Positions 51,440 to 61,938 of a stretch of DNA of 64,000 nt are shown here, piece by piece. A program made the position numbers and the translations under genes. Numbering within the stretch: position 1 is the stretch's first letter; each line of letters begins with the position of its first letter. A model generated the notes under the pieces. The model was not told the origin of the DNA, did not search any database, and was given only the letters and a program-made list of their open reading frames with translations. Origin of the DNA: Chiloscyllium plagiosum (taxonomy: Eukaryota); the NCBI RefSeq assembly GCF_004010195.1, contig NC_057718.1:47367535-47431534 (forward strand), in the 5' to 3' direction.

Positions 51440-52980
51440 CAAGCGGACACCCCCCCCCCCCCCTCCCGGAACCCATGTCACTGGACTTTTGAGCTACCCT
51501 GGTAATCTCAGCTTCGAGATGCCTTTTGAGTTTCATGCGCCTTGGTAAAGTTTCTCTCTGTAATGCCAGTCGTTTATTGGAAGTTTTATCATCTTTACAC
51601 TTGTATAAGAATAGCGTTGAACGCACCCGTTTTTAAAACAAAACCCATAACAATAAAAACCCTGGACGAAATTACAAATGTTTCCAATCCTCTTGGGATT
51701 TCCTTGTTTTATAACTGTTCACGTGATTACATGTTGGGAGTTTGATACAATGTATTCAACGACAGTATTTTCCCGCACCGTTTGTACCCCAGACCTCTAC
51801 GACTCTGCTGATAAATGGACAGTAATTATTGTGATGATTTTAGATCTGAAATTGATAAACTCCTGCAGTTCTTCATGTCATGTTGGGTTCCCGGAACAGA
51901 ATGCGTCGGCTGATTTGAGGGAATTGTTATCGAGTAATCGAATGAACTGATTTACAATGTAAATCAAATGACCAATGCAATCACAATATTTACAGTCAAG
52001 AACCCTTGAGCTACAGTGAAACAACACCCTTTCCGCAAGTGTGCACCGAGCTACTTCTGGTAAAACCGATTACTCATTCTGCACCTAGCCCTTGTTTAAT
52101 GTCAAAGCCGAACAAAGCTGATGTCATTTATTCCAGTGAAGATATTAGGAGACCGTTTTTTTTTTAAAAAAGTTAATTATATTGATCTCGCAGAGCAGAC
52201 CGGGAACCGGTGTGGTCACCGTTTAAACGAAAAATAACCGGGGGGAATAAAGTACTGGAAATAAAAGACTCGCGGCAGACACACCGTTTATTGTAATTGG
52301 ACACTTCGAATCCGTGCAAATAAACACAGAATTCAGAGGCAGAAAAGTCAAACAATGAAGGGTAAAGAATTATACTCAGTTTTCAAAAAGTCAGATTTAA
52401 CGTGGAATACATACAATTGCCACATTTACAATAATTCATCCATGTTCATGGACAAGTGGGGCAGGAAAGTCAGTACTATTAATATTTTGATAGTTATACA
52501 GAATAATTCAGATCATTCTGTAATTGTCTGCAAAACCTCAGAGGTATTTTTGTTTTCAGAAGTATGAACTGTTGCCGGACAGATTGCATCAGAAGGTGCT
52601 GACTCATTGTGTTTATGTTTCCACGTGATACTGACTTCAGTCCTGAAACCACTCAACGTCAAATGATCCGCTGATAACTAATATTCATCACGTCATTTAA
52701 AAAACACATTGATTGTTAGGGATATCCAAACATTGTTTTAATCGAACTTTAGGATCATATTGAAACGGTGGAAGTATCCTTCAGTTTTGATTGGGATTTA
52801 GCGACTGTTCACTCTTGTGATTATTTTGTTATTAAAATTACATTTTGAATGTTACAGAGACAGGCTGGAAAAAAAAACAAGAGGATTATTGGTGTACAAA
52901 CATTGAAGGGGCGGCTCATGTTAGAGACTCGAGATTTTTACTGACTTTGATGCATCCAAAGTGAGAGTGATGTCCGAGTA
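51440..52980. promoter_or_regulatory. Second CpG-enriched, repeat-free region; candidate enhancer or alternative promoter
   Basis: CpG retained; cluster of ATTGCATCA 52583-52591, TGACTCA 52600-52606, CACGTG 52622-52627, TGACTTCA 52632-52639, ACGTCA 52656-52661, TCACGTCA 52688-52695. Confidence 0.65.
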
Positions 52981-53209
52981 AAGGCTTTTCTTATCAAGCA
53001 AAAACGCTCTCAATGTCTTTATGAACCTAAACTCTTTACAAAAGATGATGAGAGTAGTTATCCATTCATTGGAAACATCTCTGAAGACTGGGAATGTAGT
53101 TCTGATATGTTCAGAAATGTTTATAAAATAACTTCTGTGTATTCTCTAGCTCATTGACTGCCTATCAACATAAAATGCTGTATTTTTAGGTTGTCAATGT
53201 TCTGTCTTT

Positions 53210-53800
53210 TATTTAGTCGTAGGATGCTGGCATTATGGCTGGCCAGCATTTATTGTCCTTTCTAGTTGTCTCTGAGAAGATGGTGGTGAGTGTCCTTCTT
53301 GAATCGCTGCAGTCCATGTGATGTAGGTTGACCCACATTGCCCTGGGAGAGGGAATTTCAGGATTTTGACCCAATGACAATGAAGGAATGGTGATAAATT
53401 TTCAAGTTAGGATGGTGTATGGCTTGGAGGGGAACTTGCAAGGTGGAGGTGTTCCCATGTATCTGCTGCCCTTGTCCTTCGAAATGGAAGTGATCATGGG
53501 TCTGGAAGATGTGCCTAAGGATCTTTGGTGAATTTTGGCAGTGTATCTTGTGGATGGTACACACTGCTGCTACTGAGCATCAGTGGTGGAGGGAGTGGAT
53601 GTTTGTGGATGTGGAGTCAATCAAGTAGGCTGCTTTGTCCTGGATGATGTCAAGCTCTAGAGTGTTGTTGGAGCTGCACACATCCAGGCCAAGTGGGGAG
53701 AATCCCATCACACTTCTGACTTGTGATGGAGTCCACTACGCTGCCAAGTAACATCCGTACCACAAAATACCAAGCAATGACCATCTCCAATATTAGACAA
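53210..53800 (-). mobile_element. CR1/L2-like LINE family C 3' end, with a short inverted piece at ~53725-53800
   Basis: Collinear with 40190-40660; tail GGCCAGCATTTATTGTCC. Confidence 0.88.
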
Positions 53801-54039
53801 TTAGAGAGACTGTCTCATGGTATATAACAAATCATCAGTTCTGTGTATTGGCAGAATTACACTGCTGTGCAAACAAGTTAACTCTCTTTTCTTGAAATCT
53901 TCTACTTAGTATATACTAGCAATCCAGCAATGGCAGCACTAACAGTATGCACAAATGTTGGTATGGTCACAATTTGAGATTCAAATTGCACCAATGGTGG
54001 CAAAACAGATCACACAAAACACAACAGAATCAGTCAATG

Positions 54040-54410
54040 ATCTCCAAGGATATGACTTTGAAGTGAGATACAAGCCAGATGCTGGGATTATTCTGTCTGA
54101 CAGGCTGAGCAGATTGCCCTGCCAGACCCAGACAAAGACCAGATATTCCTCTTGGTCTACACATTGATGCTGTTGATGCAAACTTAGAATATCACAACAA
54201 GTCATCATTAACCTTGTCGTTGTTTGGGTCTGGCTGGGCAATCAGCTCAGCCTGTCAGACAGCATAATCCCAGCACCTGGTTTATATCTCATTTCAAAAT
54301 CTTTAAAGGCAAACAATCCTAAGACTAAAAGCATTACCACAAGATATTATGTCCATGCTACACAAGGAACACTTAAGTATATATACAGCAACACATAAGG
54401 TAGCTAGAAC
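54040..54410 (+). mobile_element. Gypsy LTR-retrotransposon pol remnant (RNase H end, integrase Zn-finger start)
   Basis: LQGYDFEVRYKPDAGIILSDRLSRLP (RNase H C-terminal motif); KALPQDIMSMLHKEHLSI (LH..HLG-like). Confidence 0.8.
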
Positions 54411-54540
54411 ACCTGCTTCCATCTCTACTCCCTAACCTCACACCCAAGTTTCTGTCTTAAATTGGGTTTGTTTTCAGTACAGCCAGCTCATTTCACCCTC
54501 TCATCGTTCCCATTATAACCTATCTACATTCTCTTATACA

Positions 54541-55148
54541 GACGTAGAATTATACAGCATGGAAATAGACCCTTTGGTCCAACTCGTCTGCGCCAACCAG
54601 ATATCTAAACTGATCTAGTCCCATTTGCCAGCATTTGGCACATATACCTCTAAACCCTTCCTATTCATATACCCATCCAGATGTCTTTCAAATGTTGTAA
54701 TTGTATCGACCTCCACCTCCTCCTCTGGCAGCTCGTTCTATACACACACCACTCTCCAGATGAAAAGGTTTCCTCTCAGGTCCCTTTTAAATTGTTCCCC
54801 ATTCACTTTAACTTATGCCCTCTAGTTTTGGACTCCCCTATCTTGGGAAAAAGGCCTTGGCTATTCACCCTATTCATGCTCAAATGATTTTATCAACATC
54901 TATAAAAGATATCCGTCAGTCTCCGACGCTCCAGGGGAAAAACTCTATTCAGTCTCTCTTTATGGATAAAACCCTCCAATCCCAGCAACATCCTTGTAAA
55001 TTTATTTCTGAAATCTTCAAGTTTAATAACATCTTTCCTATAGCAGGGAGACCAGAACTGAATAGAATTTTCTAAATGTAGCCTCACCAATGTCTTGCAC
55101 AGCACAACTTGACATTCCAACTCCTATACTCAATGGTTTAGCGCAATG
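54541..55148 (-). mobile_element. HER1/CR1 LINE 3' part (continues at ~58284)
   Basis: ORF 54893..55120(-) has LVRLHLENSIQFWSPCYRKDVIKLE; tail CAGCATGGAAATAGACCCTTTGGTCCAAC. Confidence 0.9.
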
Positions 55149-56965
55149 ACCTCTACAGCGCTGAAGCCAGGCGCCAACTCAAAGACACCTCCTCCTATTA
55201 CCCCCTTGACTACAACCTCAACTCCCATCATCAAACCATCATTTCCCAGACTGTACACAATCTCATCATCTCAGAGGATCGCCCACTCACAGCTTCCAAC
55301 CTCATGGTTCGAGAACTCCACACCGCCCAATTCTACATCCTACCGAAGATCCACAAGCCTGACTACCCAGCTGACCCATCGTCTCGCCCTGCTCCTGCCC
55401 AACCAATATGTCCACATACCTCAATATGTCCTATCCCCCCGGTCCAGGAACTCCTCATACGTTCGGGACACCACCCATGCCTTCCACCTCTTCCAAGACA
55501 TTTGTTTCACTGGCCCCCAATGCCTCATCTTCACCACGGACCTCCAGTCCTGAAGCACTTCTAGCCGCCATGATGAAGGCCTCCAAGCCCTCTCTTTCTT
55601 CCTCTCCCAATGTCGTTTGGCTAAACTGGTCCTCACCCTCAATAATTTCTCCTTCGAATCCTCCCACTTCCTCCAGAACAAAGGGGTAGCCATGGGCACC
55701 TGCATGGGACCCAGTATGCCTGTCTGTTTGTCGGTTATGTAGAATGGTCCATCTTCCGCAGTTTCACCGGCACCACTCCCCACCTTTTCCTCTGCTACAT
55801 TGATGATGTTTCAGTGCCACCTCGTGCTCCCACGAGGAGGTTGACAGTTCATCAACTTCACCAACACATTCCACCCGGCCTTAAGTTCACCTGGACCATC
55901 TCAGACACCTCCCTCCCCTTCCTGGACCTGTCCACCTCCATCAATGGTGACCAACTCAACACTGACATCTTCTACAAACCCACCAACTCCCACAGCTACC
56001 TGGATTACATCTCCTCCCACCCTACCTCCTGTAAAAATGCTATCCCTTATTCCCAATTCCTCCACCATACCTGCTCCCAGGAGGACCAGTTCCACCACAG
56101 AACACACCAGATGGCCTCCTCCTTTAAAAAACGCAATTTCCTCTCCCTCATGGTTGATGATGCCCTCCAGCACTCCCGCACCTCCACCCTCAAACCCCAC
56201 CTCTCCAATCACAACAAAGACAGAACCCCCAGTCCTCATTTTCCACCCCATCAACCTCCATATATATCGCATCATCATCCCCCATTTCCACCACCTACAA
56301 ATGGACCTCCTCACCAGAGATATATTTCCCTCCTCACCCCTATCCACTTTCCGTAAAGACTATTCCCTCCACAACTCCCTCGTCAGGTCCACACCCACCA
56401 CAAACTCACCATCCTCTCCTGGCACCTTCGCCTGTCATCACAGGAATTGCAAAACCTGTGCCCACACCTTTTCCCCCTCACCTCCATCCAAGGTCCCAAA
56501 GGAGCCTTCCATATCCATCAAAGTTTTACCTGCACTTCCACTCATCATTTACTGTATCCATTGCTCACAATACAGTCTCCTCTACACTGGGGAGACAGGA
56601 TGCCAATCGCAGAGTGCTTCACAGAACATCTCCAGGACACCGCACCAACCAACCCCACCGCTCTGTGGCCGAACACTTCAACTCTTCCTCCCACACCACC
56701 AAGGATATGTAGGTCCTGGGCCTCCTCCATCACCACTCCCTAACCACCCAAAACCTGGAGAAAGAATGCCTCATTCCGCCTCTGGACCCTCCAACCACAT
56801 GGCATCAATGTGGACTTCACCAGTTTCCTCATTTCCCCTCCCCTCACCTTATCCCAGTTCCAACCCTCCAACTCAGCACTGCCCTCATGACCTATCCTAC
56901 CTATCCATCTTCCGTCCCACCCATCTGCTCCACCCTCCTCTCCGACCTGTCACCGTACCCCCACC
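55149..56965 (+). mobile_element. Penelope-like element (RT, Cys-rich linker, GIY-YIG; Neptune-like), frameshifted
   Basis: FYILPKIHKP, KGVAMGT, YIDD, LKFTWTISDTSLPFLDL, YKPTNSHSYLDY..SHP..CKNAIPYSQF, CHHRNCKTC, IIYCIHC..LLYTGETG across frames. Confidence 0.93.
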
Positions 56966-56967
56966 CC

Positions 56968-57690
56968 CATCTGGTACTACTCCAGTGGACAGTGAGGACG
57001 CAAAGATCATCACTAAAGGCACAGAACTCTCTTCCATCACTTCCCACAGTAACTGTGAGTATATCGCGTCTGGTCCAGGGGACTTATCTATTCTCATGTT
57101 TTTCAAACTTTCCAGCACATGCTCCTTCTTAACATCAACCTGTTCCAGTGTTTCACACCGTCCTCAGAAATGACAAGGTCCCTCTCACTATTGAATACTA
57201 AAGCAAAGTATTCATTAAGCACTTCTCCTACCTCCTCCGACTCCAAGCAAACGTTCCCTCCACTATCCCTGATAAGCCCCACCCTCACTCTGGCCAGCTT
57301 CTTGTTCCTCACATAGGTGTAGGAAGCCTTAGGGTTTTCCTTAATCCTAGTGGTCATGCCCCCTTCTAGCTCTCTTAAGTCCATTCTTTAGTTCCTTCCT
57401 GGCTACCTTGTAACCTTCGAGAGCCCAGTCTGATCTTTGCTTCCTCACCTTAAGTATGTTTCCTTCTTCCTCTTGACTTGAATTTCCACATCTCTTGTCA
57501 TCCAAGGTTCCTTCACCCTACCATCCTTTCCTTGCCTCAGTGGGACAAATCTATTCAGCACTTGCAGCAAGTGCTCCCTAAATAACCTCCACATTTCTGT
57601 CATACATTTCCCTGAGAATATCTGTTCTCTATTTATGCTCCACAGTTCCTGCCTAATAGTACTGTTATTCCCCCTCCCCAAATTAAAACC
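56968..57690 (-). mobile_element. CR1 LINE internal fragment
   Basis: Minus ORFs: IKENPKASYTYVRNKK, LNEYFALVF, IDKSPGPDAIY. Confidence 0.9.
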
Positions 57691-57711
57691 TGTGCCCACC
57701 CCCCCTCCCCC

Positions 57712-58013
57712 NNNNNNNNNNNNNNNNNNNNNNNNNNNNNNNNNNNNNNNNNNNNNNNNNNNNNNNNNNNNNNNNNNNNNNNNNNNNNNNNNNNNNNNNN
57801 NNNNNNNNNNNNNNNNNNNNNNNNNNNNNNNNNNNNNNNNNNNNNNNNNNNNNNNNNNNNNNNNNNNNNNNNNNNNNNNNNNNNNNNNNNNNNNNNNNNN
57901 NNNNNNNNNNNNNNNNNNNNNNNNNNNNNNNNNNNNNNNNNNNNNNNNNNNNNNNNNNNNNNNNNNNNNNNNNNNNNNNNNNNNNNNNNNNNNNNNNNNN
58001 NNNNNNNNNNNNN
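57712..58013. other. Assembly gap (302 N)
   Basis: Run of N. Confidence 1.
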
Positions 58014-58290
58014 TTCGACTGGGACAACACTACTATTATAGGACAAGCCAAACAGAGAACAGCCATGGAATTCCTGGAGGCATGGCACTCATCCACTGAT
58101 TCAATCAACAAGCACATTGACCTGGACCCAATATACCGGCCACTGCAGCAGACAGCTGGAACTGACAACCGGAAGCAGCAGGTACAAATCACTATAAATG
58201 CCGGAGGAAAGATCCCAGAAGCGCTTCACAGGAGGCTCCCAAGCACTGAGGATGTCACCTAGACAGGGGACGAAACATCTGCAAACACAA
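58014..58290 (+). mobile_element. Penelope/Poseidon-like element 3' end (GIY-YIG C-terminus plus hammerhead)
   Basis: FDWDNTTIIGQAKQRTAMEFLEAWHSSTDSINKHIDLDPIY; GCA-CTGAGGA-T-GTCACCT-AGAC-AGGGGAC-GAAA-CATC-TGC at 58243-58282. Confidence 0.88.
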
Positions 58291-59905
58291 AGTACCAAAT
58301 ATGTTCTTCATCACCATGTCTACCTGTGACTTCATATTCGAGAAACTATGCACCTGCATCCCACGGTCTCTTTGTTTGGCAACACTATTATTAACTGTAA
58401 AAGTCTCATTACTGATGAAGGGCTTATGCCTGAGAAGTCAATTCTCCTGCTCCTCGGATGCTGCCTGAATGTGGTGCTGGAAAAGCATAATCAATCTTCG
58501 ACTTTGATCTCCAGCATCTGCAGTCCTCACTTTCTCCTGTAAAAGTCATGCCTTGGTTTGCCATACCAAAATGCAACACCTCACATTTATCTAAATTAAA
58601 CTCCATTTGCCATTCCCTGGCCCACTTACCCACCTGATCATGATCCAGTTGTACTCTGAGATAACCTTCTTCACTGTGCACTACCCCACTAATTTTGGTG
58701 TCATATGCAAACTTAATAACCATACCTCCTATGTTTACATGCAAATCATTTAAATAAATGATGAAAAGCAGAGGATCCAGCACCAGTACTTGCTGCTTTT
58801 CCTCAAAGCCTTTCTTAAATAATGGTACTGTATTAGCCACCTTCCATTGTTGTCAATGATACAAATGTTTCAGGAAGGGGTCAGCAATCTCTTCCCTAGC
58901 TTCTCACAAAGGTCTGGAATACACATGAGAAAGCCCTGTGGATTTATCTACCTTTATGCATTTTAAGACCTCCAGCACTCCCTCTTCTGCAACATGGATA
59001 CTTTTCAAGACATCACTACTGATTTTCCCACATTCCCTAGCTTCCATGTCCTTCTCCATAGTAAATACTGACATGAAATATTCAATTAATATCTCACCCA
59101 TCTCCTGTGGTTCCACTCATCGCCTCATTGATTTGTAAGGGACCCTCTTCTCTCCCTAATGACTGTTTTGCCCTATAACGTATTTAAAGAATGTATTTGA
59201 GTTCTCTTTTACCCTATTTGTCAAAGCTCTCTCATGTCCCTTTTATGCCCCCCCCGATTTCCCTCTTCAGTTTACTCATACTGCCTTTATACTCATCTAG
59301 GGATTCAATCAGTCTGTCCTGATATATGCCTCCTTCTTCTTTTTCTTAACCAGAGCCTCAATTTGTCTCGTCATACAGCATTCCTACACTTATCAGCATT
59401 GCCCTTCACACTAACAGGAACATACTGTCTCTGAAATTTCATTATCTCATTTTCGAAGGTCTCCCACTTACCAATCATCCCTTTTCATGCAAAAAGGCTC
59501 TCCCAATCAACTTTTTTGAAAGTTCCTGCCTAGTACTGTCAAAATGAGCCTCAGTCCAAGTTTGAATTTTAACGTTTAGATAAGGTCTATCCTTTTCTAT
59601 AACTATTTAAAAACTAATAGAATTATGATCACTTGCCTCAAAGTGCTCCACTTCAGTCGGTTGCCTTGCTTTATTTCCCAAGAGAAGGTCAGATTTTGCT
59701 CCTTCTCTAGTAGGTACATTCACATATTGAATAAGAAAATTTTCTTGTACGCACTTAACAAATTCCTTTCCATTCAAGCCCTTAACACTATGGCAGTCCT
59801 GGTCTATGTTTGGAAGGTTAAAAATCCCCGACCATTACAACCCTAATATTCTTACAGATATCTGGGATTTTCTTACATATTTGTTTCTGTTTCCCACTGA
59901 CTATT
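58284..59905 (-). mobile_element. HER1/CR1 LINE upstream part (continuation of 54541-55148)
   Basis: Minus ORFs: IKFAYDTKISG, WQMEFNLDKCEVLHFG, EVLKCIKVDKS. Confidence 0.9.
58406..58536 (+). mobile_element. Mini Penelope-derived element (family A) with a small internal inversion
   Basis: CTGATGA-A-GGGC-TTAT-GCCT-GAGA; TSD CTGTAAAAGTC at 58395-58405 and 58537-58547. Confidence 0.88.
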
Positions 59906-59924
59906 GGGTCTTCTTCATTGGGGT

Positions 59925-60180
59925 ATGATCAACAATCCCTTTGTCTGCCTACACTTTTTATCTCTTTCTGTGTGGGCTTCCTCTCCAAGTACCTGCTCAA
60001 TCCTCATTCCCCCACCCCACATGCCCCCCTCACCCCAACCCACTCCTCAGCATAAATATCATCTTTTCCTAGCTGCCATTAGTTCTGAAGAAGGGTCACT
60101 GGATTCAAAACATTAACTGTTTTCTCTACACAGATGCTGCCACACCTGCTGAGTTTTTCCAGCCATCTCAGTTTCTGGTT
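59925..60180 (+). mobile_element. Penelope family-B 3' region and terminal repeat, degenerate hammerhead
   Basis: CTGAAGA-A-GGGTC-ACTG-GATTC-AAAA-CATTAAC...CAGATGCTGCC..CCTGCTGAGTTTTTCCAG. Confidence 0.8.
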
Positions 60181-60475
60181 GTGGCTAGCATGTGTGTCTT
60201 TGTATTCACCAGGGATGATTCAGAATATTCAAAGACATGTGAGGCATACCAAAACTTCCAACTCCAGCAGTGGAGGGAGCCTCTACATGTTCCACACAAT
60301 GTTCCATTCACTCCCTGATTGAGAACAGGAACTGGCCTACTTATAGTGCATGGGGAAGATTACATCATTGTGACACATTACTTCTCTAAATTTCTCATTG
60401 TTCAGTGTCTTAGTGATACAACAAGACGCAATATGTGCTATTTTCACTTTATTTGGAGACCAAATCACATCGGCC
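60181..60475 (+). mobile_element. Gypsy integrase remnant (continuation of 54040-54410)
   Basis: Across frameshifts: YSPGM (YWPGM-like), KTCEAYQ (CxxC decayed), REPLH, GEDYIIVTHYFSKF. Confidence 0.78.
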
Positions 60476-60613
60476 ATGATTGTAAAGTACAGTGATACCT
60501 TGTAGTGCTATTAAATACCTCAGCCCATACTGTCCATTTTTAAATACTTAAACAGACTTCTTAAAGTGTCTTGGTCTCTCACCAAGTAAAATCTTTGGAA
60601 GTGTCATAATGAA

Positions 60614-60935
60614 ATTAGATTAGATTAGATTAGATTACAGTGTAGAAACAGGCCCTTCGGCCCAACAAGTCCACACCGACCCGCCGAAGCGAAACCCACC
60701 CATAACCCTACATTTACCCCTTACCTAACACTACGGGCAATTTAGTGTGGCCAATTCACCTGACCCTCCACATCTTTGTGATGTGGGAGGAAACCGGAGC
60801 ACCCGGAGGAAACCCACGCAGACACGGGGAGAACGTGCAAACTCCACACAGTCAGTCGCCTGAGGCGGGAATTGAACCCGGGTCTCTGGCGCTGTGAGGC
60901 AGCAGTGCTAACCACTGTGCCACCGTGCCGCCCAC
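60614..60935 (-). mobile_element. Full-length, young HE1 V-SINE
   Basis: Nearly identical to 38796-39113; intact A and B boxes; (AATCT)n tail. Confidence 0.97.
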
Positions 60936-61679
60936 AAAATAGGTCATAAAGAAAGAGGTCATGTTTGATCCTAGGTGTGTATTGAATTGGCTGTTCTTGT
61001 CTGTGTCAGCAATTAGTCTGTATCCTGCACAATGGGGTGAATTAATTGCTTTATTTCAGTCACTGATCATTAGCCAGTGATATTTGCTGGGTAGTGAATG
61101 GACAGAAATGTGACTGCCAAGGCGGAATTGTGTTTGAGTCTTGGTAGGGGTTAAGATGATGGAGATTGAGACGGAAACCAGACACGATCACACCCAGTTC
61201 CAGGTTTCATCATGATATGTTTGCTACCTAGCAGAAAACACCCAGAGAGCTGCCAGGTAATTAATTTCATTGTTGAAATTGGTAATTAATTGAATCATCA
61301 ATTTCGAATTCCAGCTTGAAGAGACAATGGTCAGGTTTCCTGGCCTGTGTGGAATTTGTCAAAGTAAACAAAATGATAACCCAATAAGGAGCTATTGTTC
61401 AGTAAAATCAACAGGCTGTAATGTCTTTAAGCTGTGAAACTGCATATCTGCTGGCCCGCCCTTGTTAAATACCTGTGCTCACAGCTGCTTGTTGAGGGAC
61501 CAGATATAATTGTCTCCCAGATAATCTCTAGTCATTGCTAGTCATTTTATTTTGTTTGAAAGCTGAAATTTACCTGTCAACCAGCAAAATCTGGTGTCTG
61601 AACAACTGCTCTGAGCACAAATCTTTCATTCAGTTTCACAGTTTAAAGACTCCACAGTCTGAGTGTACTTACTCCACAT

Positions 61680-61938
61680 GGTTAAAAATCACCTAACACC
61701 AGGTTATAGTCCAACAGGTTTATTTGGTTTGGAGATACCAGTGTTGGACTGGGGTGTACAAAGTTAAAAATCACACAACACCAGGTTATAGTCCAACAGG
61801 TTTATTTGGAAGCACTAGCTTTCGGAGCAACGCTCCTTCAACAGCTAGTGCTTCCAAATAAACCTGTTGGACTATAACCTAGTGTTGTGTGATTTTTAAC
61901 TTTATACACCCCAGTCCAACACCGGCACCTCCAAATAA
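61680..61938. mobile_element. Fold-back Penelope family-C terminal repeat
   Basis: 93-bp inverted arms 61728-61820 / 61843-61935; extra partial direct copy at 61680-61727; TSD-like TTACTCCACAT 61669-61679 / TTATTCCACAT 61939-61949. Confidence 0.88.

Noticed and set aside
52355..52366. ATGAAGG|GTAAAG as a plus-strand coding first exon
   Set aside because: Non-consensus donor; the best downstream acceptor (63221) gives a stop after 13 codons
55944..57173. 409-aa Pro/Ser/Thr-rich ORF resembling a mucin
   Set aside because: Mostly off-frame reading of a C-rich Penelope element running into antisense CR1; only the middle is in the true PLE frame
57633..58192. ORFs containing long X runs
   Set aside because: Artefacts of translating through the 302-N gap
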